From assembly GCA_902618385.1 (NCBI GenBank), contig CACNAF010000002.1, forward strand, positions 30,988 through 94,987: a stretch of 64,000 nucleotides of DNA, read 5' to 3'. A model generated the notes under the pieces. That model was not told where the DNA came from. It saw nothing but the letters and a program-made list of their open reading frames with translations, and searched no databases. The DNA comes from an uncultured Alphaproteobacteria bacterium. Its GTDB lineage: Bacteria; Pseudomonadota; Alphaproteobacteria; HIMB59; GCA-002718135. This document shows positions 33,515 through 41,749 of the stretch, in pieces; position 1 is the first letter of the stretch, and each line of letters starts with the position of its first letter. The position numbers were made by a program, and so were the translations under genes.

Positions 33515-33930
33515 AAAATAAAAATATTCTTTTTATGTGTGTTGCTAATTCAGCAAGAAGTCAAATGGCTGAAGGAATTGCAAAAAAATTATATCCTAAT
33601 TGTATTATTCAAAGTGCAGGATCAGTGCCCAAAGAAGTTAATCCCAATGCTATCGAGGTTATGGGTGAAATCGATATTGATATATCAAAACATTATTCAA
33701 AAGATTTTGAAAGTTTAGACAAAAAATTTAGAGATGAATTAAATACCGTTTTTACGCTTTGTAAAGAAGAGGTATGTCCAGTTTTAAATTCCAAAGCTCA
33801 GATATTTTCAATACCATTTGATGATCCAGCATCAGATCATTTTAGTTCAAACCAATTAAATAAATTTAGAGAAGTAAGAGACTCAATTTTTATTAAATTG
33901 AAAGAACTAAAAAATTTATTTGAAAACTAA
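33511..33930 (+). CDS. arsC: arsenate reductase, LMW-PTP (thioredoxin-coupled) type
   Basis: CVANSARS (CX5R) P-loop, TLCKEEVCP Cys pair, and FDDPA. Confidence 0.82.
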   Translation: MKNKNILFMCVANSARSQMAEGIAKKLYPNCIIQSAGSVPKEVNPNAIEVMGEIDIDISKHYSKDFESLDKKFRDELNTVFTLCKEEVCPVLNSKAQIFSIPFDDPASDHFSSNQLNKFREVRDSIFIKLKELKNLFEN

Positions 33931-34070
33931 TAAGTTTAAATATTAGTTTAATTTATAAAAATTTAATATTCTATTAATACGTCTGTAAAAAATAAAATTT
34001 AAATACTTTTTACCACTCACAGTATTATTTCTTCCTGCTTATGTCCAATTATTGTGAGTGGGATTAAATT

Positions 34071-36176
34071 CTATTTTCCAATTTTTAAATTAGACTTAGC
34101 TCTAGATTTGAGTTTTGCTGAACCCCTCCCAGACAAGCTTGGATTTTTGATAAAAAAATTGTGAGAGGAAAATTTTTTCTCTTTGCTTGATATTTCTTTT
34201 TTCTGATAATTGCCATTACTTAACATTTGCCAAGAATTTGTATTATCTGTCATACTGGCAATTAAGATCTGATTTAATATTTGTTCATGTACAGTTTCAT
34301 TTTCAATAGGAATAAATGTTTCAACCCGCCTATCTAGATTTCTTTGCATTAAATCGGCAGAAGAAATAAACAAGATATTTTTTCTATGAGGGAATTTATG
34401 ACCGTTATAAAAACAATATATTCTCGTATGTTCTAAAAAACGACCAATTATACTTTTAACAACTATATTTTCCGATAGATTTTCTTTACCAGGTATTAGA
34501 GAGCAAATTCCTCTTATCAACAATTCAATTTTTACATTTTTTTGAGATGCTTTATAAAATTCATCAATAATTTGTTTATCAACAAGAGAATTACACTTAC
34601 ATACTATTCCAGATGGTTTATTTTTTCCAGCATTTGTAATTTCATTTCTAATTAGTTCATTTAATTTGTTTCTTGCAGTTATTGGAGAATATACTATTTT
34701 TTTTATTGTGGTTGGTTCTGAATAACTAGTTAAATAATTAAACATTTTTGCAGCATCATTTGTTAATGTTTTGTCACAGGTGAAGTAAGATAAATCCATA
34801 TAAACTCTTGCATTTCTTGGGTGATAATTACCTGTTCCATAATGTGCGTAATTTACAACAGAATTCATTTGCTTCCTTGTTACAAGTGTAATTTTTGCAT
34901 GAGTTTTCATATCAATATTGCCAAAAACAACTTGCGCTCCAGCTAATTCTAATTCTTTTGCCCATTTTAAGTTACGCTCTTCATCAAAACGTGCTTGCAA
35001 CTCTATAATGACAGTTACTAATTTTCCTTTTTGTGCTGCTCTAACTAAACTTGCTTCTATTGGTGAGTCATCAGTAGTTCGGTATAAAGTATGTTTTATT
35101 GATAAGACTTTTGGGTCATCTGCAGCTTGATCAATAAACTGAGTCACTACTTCAAAAGATTCAAAAGGGTGATGAATAACAATATCTTTATTTGCTATAG
35201 CTTTAAAATAATCATTTTTAAAATCTTTAATTCTTTCAGGAAATCGTACCTTAAATTTTGGAAAAAATAATTTTTTAAAATCTTTCAAAAAAATTGACTC
35301 TATACTCGAAAGATTAACGGGTATTGGCAGTTTATATGTATTTACATCCTTATAGTTAAGTTTTTTATTTATGAATTTAATTAAGTGACTAGATATACTT
35401 TCATCAAAATCAATTCTTATTACCTCTTGTCTTCTTCTCTCAAAAATAGCTTTTTGAAATACTAAAAATAAATCTTCTCCCTCACCACCTAATTCTAATT
35501 CACTATTCCTAATTGGTCTAAAAACACCTTTATCCAAAACCCTATCACACTGGAAAATTTCTTTTAGAGAAATAAGTAGGGCTGTCTCCATAGATACAAA
35601 ACGTGTTTTTTTACCAGGTAATTTAATAAATTTTTCTAATCCCTCTGGCACTCTCAGTATTCCATAAAAAGTTTTTTTATTATTTATTAAACGACATACT
35701 AAGGTTGTTTCTTTATTTGGTATAAAAGGAAATGGGTGAGATGGATCAATAATAATTGGCGTTAAAACTCCCCAATTATTTTCTTCTAAATAATTTTTAA
35801 TAAATGTTTTATCTTTTGTTTTCAGTGTTTTTTCTACATCTATATGGATTTTGTTTTCTGAAAGCTCTCTTAGTAAATCTATCCATATTGATTTTATATT
35901 TGAAATCATCTTCGATGTTTCTTTATCTATCAGCTTGAGTTGTTGTTGTGGTGTTAATCCATCAAAACTTTTATGTCGTGAAAATTTTTGAACATTCAAT
36001 CCTGCTACTCTAACCATAAAAAATTCATCTAAATTAGAGAATGCTATTGATAAAAATCTAACCCTTTCTAAAAGTGGAATTTTACTATCAGATGTCTGAC
36101 TTAAGACTCTTTCATTGAATTTTAGCCAAGACAATTCCCTGTTTGCATAGTTATAAGTGGTATTTTTTTTTAACAT
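34071..36176 (-). CDS. ppk1: polyphosphate kinase 1
   Basis: 701 aa. N-terminus YANRELSWLKFNERVL and autophosphorylation region MKTHAKITLV. Confidence 0.92.
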   Translation of the reverse strand: MLKKNTTYNYANRELSWLKFNERVLSQTSDSKIPLLERVRFLSIAFSNLDEFFMVRVAGLNVQKFSRHKSFDGLTPQQQLKLIDKETSKMISNIKSIWIDLLRELSENKIHIDVEKTLKTKDKTFIKNYLEENNWGVLTPIIIDPSHPFPFIPNKETTLVCRLINNKKTFYGILRVPEGLEKFIKLPGKKTRFVSMETALLISLKEIFQCDRVLDKGVFRPIRNSELELGGEGEDLFLVFQKAIFERRRQEVIRIDFDESISSHLIKFINKKLNYKDVNTYKLPIPVNLSSIESIFLKDFKKLFFPKFKVRFPERIKDFKNDYFKAIANKDIVIHHPFESFEVVTQFIDQAADDPKVLSIKHTLYRTTDDSPIEASLVRAAQKGKLVTVIIELQARFDEERNLKWAKELELAGAQVVFGNIDMKTHAKITLVTRKQMNSVVNYAHYGTGNYHPRNARVYMDLSYFTCDKTLTNDAAKMFNYLTSYSEPTTIKKIVYSPITARNKLNELIRNEITNAGKNKPSGIVCKCNSLVDKQIIDEFYKASQKNVKIELLIRGICSLIPGKENLSENIVVKSIIGRFLEHTRIYCFYNGHKFPHRKNILFISSADLMQRNLDRRVETFIPIENETVHEQILNQILIASMTDNTNSWQMLSNGNYQKKEISSKEKKFSSHNFFIKNPSLSGRGSAKLKSRAKSNLKIGK

Positions 36177-36236
36177 AATTTTTTTTTATATTTTTTAGGT
36201 ATAAAAAAAACATGTTCATAAAAAATTCATATTTCT

Positions 36237-36695
36237 TTAATAATTTTTATTTTTTGGTTTTAAAATTTTATCAATAGTCCAGCTATTTTTAAAGGATATT
36301 ATAGCAAAAGCACAGGTTGGAAAATGTTCAATATTTGAATTACATAAAATATTAATTGATTCTATCAAACTAGGGTTGTGTCCAATGATAAGAGTATTTT
36401 TTTTTAATTTTTTAATTTTTCTTACAAGTATATTTGGTGGGCATTCATAAATATCGTTATCAATTGTAAATTTTACTGAGCGATCAAATGAATTAGAAAT
36501 TATATCATATGTGCTAGTTGTTCTTTTAGAAGGAGAACATATTATCTGATTAATTTGAAATTTTCTTTTATCTAATATTTTAGAAAATTGTTTTGCGTTT
36601 CTCATACCTCTTTTATTCAGCGGCCTATCAATGTCATCAAGTTCTAAATTATCCCAACTAGATTTGGCGTGACGTAATAAATAGACTTGTAGCAT
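36237..36695 (-). CDS. histidine phosphatase family protein (SixA-like)
   Basis: LLRHAKS catalytic motif and IIGHNP. 152 aa. Confidence 0.78.
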   Translation of the reverse strand: MLQVYLLRHAKSSWDNLELDDIDRPLNKRGMRNAKQFSKILDKRKFQINQIICSPSKRTTSTYDIISNSFDRSVKFTIDNDIYECPPNILVRKIKKLKKNTLIIGHNPSLIESINILCNSNIEHFPTCAFAIISFKNSWTIDKILKPKNKNY

Positions 36696-36727
36696 TCGAG
36701 TTTAATACTTTAGATGTATACATTTCC

Positions 36728-37633
36728 ATGGCTAAAAAGAAAAATAAAAATCCCATAACAGTTATTGATCTAGGCTCTAATACATTTAGACTAGTTATAT
36801 ACGCGCAAGCTATTCATCCTTTTCCAATACTTTATCAAAAAAGAGAATTCTTAAAATTAGGTGAAAGTATTAAAATAGGTAAACTCCCATCGATAAAAAT
36901 AAAAGAAGCTATAAAATGCTTAGAAGAATATATTAAGATTGCAAAAGATTATGAGTCCTCAGATATTCATATAATTGCAACGGCCGCAATTCGTGAAACA
37001 ATAAATGGAAAAGAAATTATTGAACCCTTCAAGAAAAAAAAGTCAGTTAGAGTAGAAGTGCTCTCACCAAAAAATGAGGCTAAATGCGGATCCCTAGGTG
37101 TAATTAGTTCAATAAAAAATCCAATTGGTTTAGTTGCTGACTTGGGAGGTGGAAGTTTAGAACTTAGTACCATAAAAAATGAAAACATACTTGAAACTAA
37201 AAGTTTAAAAATTGGCATCTTAAGAAGTGAATCTGATATGTACAAAACTACTAAAATTAAATTTGATAATTTTTTATTTTCTAAATTTAAAAACCAATCT
37301 CTTAAATTTTCTAAAAACGTAGGAAATATTTATGTTATTGGAGGCATGTGGCGCAATCTTGCAAAACTTCATTTGCACCTAAATGGAATCAAGAAAAATA
37401 AATTACATGGGTACATGATACCATTTTCAGAGTTAGAAATATTTTATCACAAATTATACTCTATGGAAAAAAAACAAATTCAAAAATTGAATGTTGTCCA
37501 ACCCAATCGATTAGATAAATTAAAATTATCTACATATATTTTATTTAGCCTTGCTTCATTTTATAACATTAAAAATATTATTTTTGTAAGATATGGAATC
37601 CGTGAAGGCTACTTGTACGATATGTTGAACTAA
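36728..37633 (+). CDS. ppx: Ppx/GppA-family phosphatase, short form (actin-like domains only)
   Basis: VIDLGSNTFRLVIY and DLGGGSLEL. At 301 aa it lacks the C-terminal domains of the long E. coli-type PPX. Confidence 0.8.
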   Translation: MAKKKNKNPITVIDLGSNTFRLVIYAQAIHPFPILYQKREFLKLGESIKIGKLPSIKIKEAIKCLEEYIKIAKDYESSDIHIIATAAIRETINGKEIIEPFKKKKSVRVEVLSPKNEAKCGSLGVISSIKNPIGLVADLGGGSLELSTIKNENILETKSLKIGILRSESDMYKTTKIKFDNFLFSKFKNQSLKFSKNVGNIYVIGGMWRNLAKLHLHLNGIKKNKLHGYMIPFSELEIFYHKLYSMEKKQIQKLNVVQPNRLDKLKLSTYILFSLASFYNIKNIIFVRYGIREGYLYDMLN

Positions 37634-38286
37634 TTTTTAAAAAACAATCTAACAATAATTGTAGCAATAAGAGCACCAATAATCTGAGCTAAAATAAAAC
37701 CTAGAACACTTGATGGACTTATTCCACTAAAACTATCTGTAAACATTCTTCCTATAGTTACTGCTGGATTTGCAAAACTTGTTGATGAAGTAAACCAATA
37801 TCCTGCGGTAATAAATAGAGCTACACCAATAGCTATTCTTTCCTTGTTTACCTCTTTTAATATAAAAATAGTTAATAATAATCCAACAGTTGCAATTATT
37901 TCTGAAAAGAATTTAAATACACCAACTCTTTCATTGAGTGACCATTCAATTATAGGATATTCAAAATACCAATTTGCAGTTAAACAACCAAATATACCAG
38001 CAATAATCTGAGTAAAAATAAAAATTATTCCGTAATTAATAGGAATATTTTTTTGGATAATATCACTTAATACAACAGCAGGATTAAAGTACGCTCCTGA
38101 GATATTAATAAACATAGAAATAATTACATATAAAATGGCACCTGTTGCGATAGTGTTTCCTAGTAATATTATACCAAGGTCATTTGACATTAATTCTCCC
38201 ATAATTCCACTACCTACAACTGTTAGTACAAGAAAATATGTCCCAATAAATTCTGCTAGTATTTTTTGTCTTAAAGAATATGTCAC
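37630..38286 (-). CDS. MIP-family channel (aquaporin/aquaglyceroporin)
   Basis: Two NPA boxes (FNPAV, ANPAV), 6 TM segments, 218 aa. Lies 20 nt downstream of the glycosyltransferase on the same strand. Confidence 0.85.
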   Translation of the reverse strand: MTYSLRQKILAEFIGTYFLVLTVVGSGIMGELMSNDLGIILLGNTIATGAILYVIISMFINISGAYFNPAVVLSDIIQKNIPINYGIIFIFTQIIAGIFGCLTANWYFEYPIIEWSLNERVGVFKFFSEIIATVGLLLTIFILKEVNKERIAIGVALFITAGYWFTSSTSFANPAVTIGRMFTDSFSGISPSSVLGFILAQIIGALIATIIVRLFFKN

Positions 38287-38306
38287 TATAAAATTACCTT
38301 AAATAA

Positions 38307-39308
38307 CTAAACTTTTACCATGAATTCTAAAAATTCATTCACACATTTGTCCCAAGTTAATTTAAGAGTAAAATTTCTACAATCAACTCTTTTTACTTTA
38401 AGTGCCTTCTTAACTGATTGTAACAAGTCATTATCTAAAGTGTTAATCTTTTCATCTGTTAATACATCTATGGGCCCGGTTACTGGATATGCAGCAATTG
38501 GTGTTCCACTAGCCAATGCTTCAAGTATTACATTTCCTAAAGTGTCTGTTTTAGAAGGAAAGACAAATACATCTGCGTTTGCATAATATTTCGCTAGTTC
38601 ATCTCCAGTTTTTACACCGACAAAATTTATTTCAGGATATTTATTAATATATTTTTGTAATTCGGGACCATCACCCACAACAGTTTTATTATAATTTCCT
38701 TTAAGTTTTAAAAATTCTTCAATATTTTTTTCAATTGCTACTCTACCAACATAAGTCAGTTGCCTATCTTTACTGTTTGTGTCTCTTTTATTTGGATTAA
38801 ATAATTCTGTATCAACACCTCTATTCCAAACTACTAAATTTTTAAAATTATATTTTTTTAACTCATTTAGCATTGAAACTGATGGAACAAGAACTCTTTC
38901 TGAATCACTATGTAGTCTTCTTAATATGGAGTATGTAAATCTCTTTGGGATAAAAGCTCTTTGCTTAATGTAGTCAGGAAAACGGGTGTGAAAGGAAGAA
39001 GTGTATTGTAGTTTATTTTTAAGACAGTACTTACGACCAGCAAAACCTACCGGACCTTCAGTCATTATATGAACAATATCTGGATTAAATTCTTTAAAAA
39101 ATTTTTCAGTAACTTTTTTAGTATTGTAAGAAATTTTTATTTCTTTGTACCAAGGATAACTAAAATTATTAAACATCTCAGGATGTAATATTTTAATTTC
39201 AAAACCTTTTTTTTCTAGAATAGGTATAATGCTTTGAAATGTCGTAACAACGCCATTTACCTGAGGAACCCACGCATCACTAATTAACGCGATTTTTTTA
39301 GGCTGCAT
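38307..39308 (-). CDS. agt: GT4 glycosyltransferase; likely diacylglycerol glycosyl/glucuronosyl-transferase of the P-stress lipid-remodelling pair
   Basis: GT-B fold with a C-terminal GNVILEALASGTP motif. It overlaps plcP by 11 nt, the arrangement described for PlcP-Agt in marine heterotrophs. Confidence 0.72.
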   Translation of the reverse strand: MQPKKIALISDAWVPQVNGVVTTFQSIIPILEKKGFEIKILHPEMFNNFSYPWYKEIKISYNTKKVTEKFFKEFNPDIVHIMTEGPVGFAGRKYCLKNKLQYTSSFHTRFPDYIKQRAFIPKRFTYSILRRLHSDSERVLVPSVSMLNELKKYNFKNLVVWNRGVDTELFNPNKRDTNSKDRQLTYVGRVAIEKNIEEFLKLKGNYNKTVVGDGPELQKYINKYPEINFVGVKTGDELAKYYANADVFVFPSKTDTLGNVILEALASGTPIAAYPVTGPIDVLTDEKINTLDNDLLQSVKKALKVKRVDCRNFTLKLTWDKCVNEFLEFMVKV

Positions 39309-40110
39309 CCTCTTTTATTTTTCGTCTTTCTTCAAAAGAAATTAATTTTAATTTTTCTCTTTCTTCGGGCCAATTAAGAATAGATAAATTTCCAATTTCA
39401 TCTTCAACGAGTGCTGTGCAACTTTCAATCCAGTCACCATCATTACAATAGAGAACACCATTTAATTCCTTTATTTCAGGTCTATGTATATGCCCACACA
39501 CAACGACATCGGCATTTTCTCTTCTTGCTCTATCAGATACAGCAAACTCAAAATTACTAATAAAGTTTGTTGCATGCTTTGTTTTCTTTTTTAAATATTG
39601 AGACAGTGACCAGTAAGATAAACCCATCTTTCGTCGAATAAAATTAAATACATTATTTAACTTTAGTAAATATTCATAAAGTGCTGATCCCACTTTGGCT
39701 AACCATCTTGCATTAATGATCACAGCATCAAACTCATCTCCGTGTGTAATCAGTACTTTCCTTCCATCAGCTAATTGATGTGTATCTTCATTTTTGATTG
39801 AAATTTCTCCAAAGGAAAAATTTGTAAAATCTTTTAATACTTCATCATGATTTCCTGGGATAAGCACTACCTTAGTTCCATTTTTCGCTTTTTTTAAAAC
39901 TTTTTGAACCACATCATTATGTTCTTGAGGCCAATACATTTTCTTACGCATGCGCCATCCATCTACAATGTCGCCTACTAAAAATAAATATTCTGAATCT
40001 GTTTCTTCTAAGAATTCTAAAAGCATTTTGCTTTTACAACCACTGGTTCCTAGATGGGTATCCGAAATCCAAATTGTGCGGTAAAATTTTTTATTACTTT
40101 CAAATTTCAT
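39298..40110 (-). CDS. plcP: LpxH-like metallophosphoesterase; likely phospholipase C PlcP (lipid remodelling)
   Basis: WISDTHLG, VGDIVDGW, PGNHDE, THGDEFD, GHIHRP. 270 aa. Paired with the GT4 gene and next to the Pho regulon. Confidence 0.72.
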   Translation of the reverse strand: MKFESNKKFYRTIWISDTHLGTSGCKSKMLLEFLEETDSEYLFLVGDIVDGWRMRKKMYWPQEHNDVVQKVLKKAKNGTKVVLIPGNHDEVLKDFTNFSFGEISIKNEDTHQLADGRKVLITHGDEFDAVIINARWLAKVGSALYEYLLKLNNVFNFIRRKMGLSYWSLSQYLKKKTKHATNFISNFEFAVSDRARRENADVVVCGHIHRPEIKELNGVLYCNDGDWIESCTALVEDEIGNLSILNWPEEREKLKLISFEERRKIKEDAA

Positions 40111-40177
40111 TAATTAAAGATTTGTTCTTATACATAAAAGTATCATTTTATAATACAATTTATTATTATATGTGTGT

Positions 40178-40195
40178 ATTGTATAAAAATAACAG
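40178..40195 (-). promoter_or_regulatory. candidate Pho box plus perfect -10 for plcP
   Basis: The minus strand reads CTGTTAT-TTTT-ATACAAT, then 7 nt, then TATAAT (40165-40170). The site is 68 nt upstream of the plcP ATG. Confidence 0.4.
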
Positions 40196-40196
40196 T

Positions 40197-40697
40197 ATGA
40201 CGCAGAAAATTTGGTTTAAAAAAAAATCACCCCTTCACGGTTCTGGATTATTTGCAAAAACTAATATTAAAAAAGGCCAGAAAATAATCCAATATATTGG
40301 TGATAAAGTTACTAAAAGAGAGGGTGACAAAAGAGCAGATAAACAAATCCGTAAAGCAAAAAAAGATAAAAATAATGGCATGGTCTATGTTTTTGAACTA
40401 AACAAGCGATACGACATTGACGGTGATGTTGATTATAATTTTGCAAAATTTATTAATCACTCATGTAATCCTAATTGTGAAGTAGACATCATAGATAATG
40501 AAATTTGGATTTCTTCCATTAAACGAATAAAAAAAGGTGCCGAACTTTTTTATAACTATGGTTATCCTTTTGATACAGATTTTGTGGATCACATTTGTAA
40601 GTGTGGTTCTAGAAATTGTGTTGGTTATATTTTAAGTGATAATGATTGGCCTAAACTAAAAAAATATGAAAAAAAAACTAAGACTAAGTCTAAGTAA
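40197..40697 (+). CDS. SET-domain protein (putative protein-lysine methyltransferase)
   Basis: GSGLFA, NHSCNPNC, ELFYNYGY, and post-SET CKCGSRNC. Start set at MTQKIWF (40197). The track start at 40074 would overlap plcP. Confidence 0.85.
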   Translation: MTQKIWFKKKSPLHGSGLFAKTNIKKGQKIIQYIGDKVTKREGDKRADKQIRKAKKDKNNGMVYVFELNKRYDIDGDVDYNFAKFINHSCNPNCEVDIIDNEIWISSIKRIKKGAELFYNYGYPFDTDFVDHICKCGSRNCVGYILSDNDWPKLKKYEKKTKTKSK

Positions 40698-41718
40698 GAT
40701 ACCTTCGATTATTATTGCAATTGATACAAATAAGGAAATAATTTTTTACAATAATGCAGCTAAACAAAAATTTTTATTTATCGATGAAGGAAGAGATCTC
40801 AATAATATTATTAGATCAACAGAGTTAAATACTTTTATTGATAAAGCCTTTAGGGAGAAAGAAGATTTTAAGTTTGAATTCACCCCATCTAATTTTAGTG
40901 ATATGTATTTTATTGCTGACTTAATATTTGTTGAAAAAGATTATGAAGAATTATTAATATCACTAAATGATCAAAGTCTTCTTAAAAACTACGAACAAAT
41001 GCGAACAGATTTTGTGGCTAATGTAAGCCATGAATTGAGAACTCCTCTTTCCTCAATTCTAGGCTATGTTGAAACAATTAAAAATTCACTCAATGAAGAT
41101 AAGACCAATGACAAAACGGTTGGTAAATTTTTAGACACAATGGAAGATCAGGCTTGGCGTATGACTAGACTAGTCGAAGATTTATTATTACTAAGTAAAT
41201 ATGAGACTGAAGATAAACCTATAGAATTTCAAGAAGCGAATATAAGGCAATTAATTGAAGGCGTAGTAGATAATTTACAAAACAAGTTAATGGCCAAAAA
41301 AATTGAAGTTCAAATCAAGGATGATTTTGATAAGTCTACAATATCAGCAAACAAAGATGCTTTGATCCAAGTTTTTTTAAATCTAACTGATAATGCAATT
41401 AAATATAGCAGAGAAAATTCTACTATTGAAATTGAGCTTGAGAGTGTAATTGATGACAATACCACCTTTTGCCAAATAAGTTTTATAGATAAGGGAGAAG
41501 GCATATCGAAAGAGCATTTAACTAGACTTACTGAAAGATTTTATAGAGTAGATAAAAATAGATCTCGAAATCAAGGCGGTACGGGTTTGGGTTTATCTAT
41601 TGTTAAACATATAACTAATAGGCATAATGGTAAATTATCGATAAAAAGCAAGGTAGATAAGGGTTCAACATTTACTATTTCTTTACCAGTATTTCAGCAA
41701 ACTGTAATAAATACTTAA
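40666..41718 (+). CDS. phoR: phosphate-regulon sensor histidine kinase PhoR, no transmembrane segment
   Basis: An N-terminal PAS-like region comes first. Then H-box SHELRTPL, N-box DNAIKYS, G1 DKGEGI, G2 GGTGLGLSIV. It overlaps the SET gene by 32 nt. Confidence 0.85.
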   Translation: MKKKLRLSLSKIPSIIIAIDTNKEIIFYNNAAKQKFLFIDEGRDLNNIIRSTELNTFIDKAFREKEDFKFEFTPSNFSDMYFIADLIFVEKDYEELLISLNDQSLLKNYEQMRTDFVANVSHELRTPLSSILGYVETIKNSLNEDKTNDKTVGKFLDTMEDQAWRMTRLVEDLLLLSKYETEDKPIEFQEANIRQLIEGVVDNLQNKLMAKKIEVQIKDDFDKSTISANKDALIQVFLNLTDNAIKYSRENSTIEIELESVIDDNTTFCQISFIDKGEGISKEHLTRLTERFYRVDKNRSRNQGGTGLGLSIVKHITNRHNGKLSIKSKVDKGSTFTISLPVFQQTVINT

Positions 41719-41749
41719 TATATATTCTGTAAGGACAACCTTATTTTAA

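Noticed and set aside
41702-41733. A Pho box for pstS: CTGTAAT-AAAT-ACTTAAT at 41702-41719 and a second CTGTAAG at 41727.
   Set aside because: The second heptamer is poor. The two good heptamers are 25 nt apart and therefore out of phase, and no -10 lies at the expected distance. I mention it only as a weak candidate, and pstS may instead be read through from phoR.
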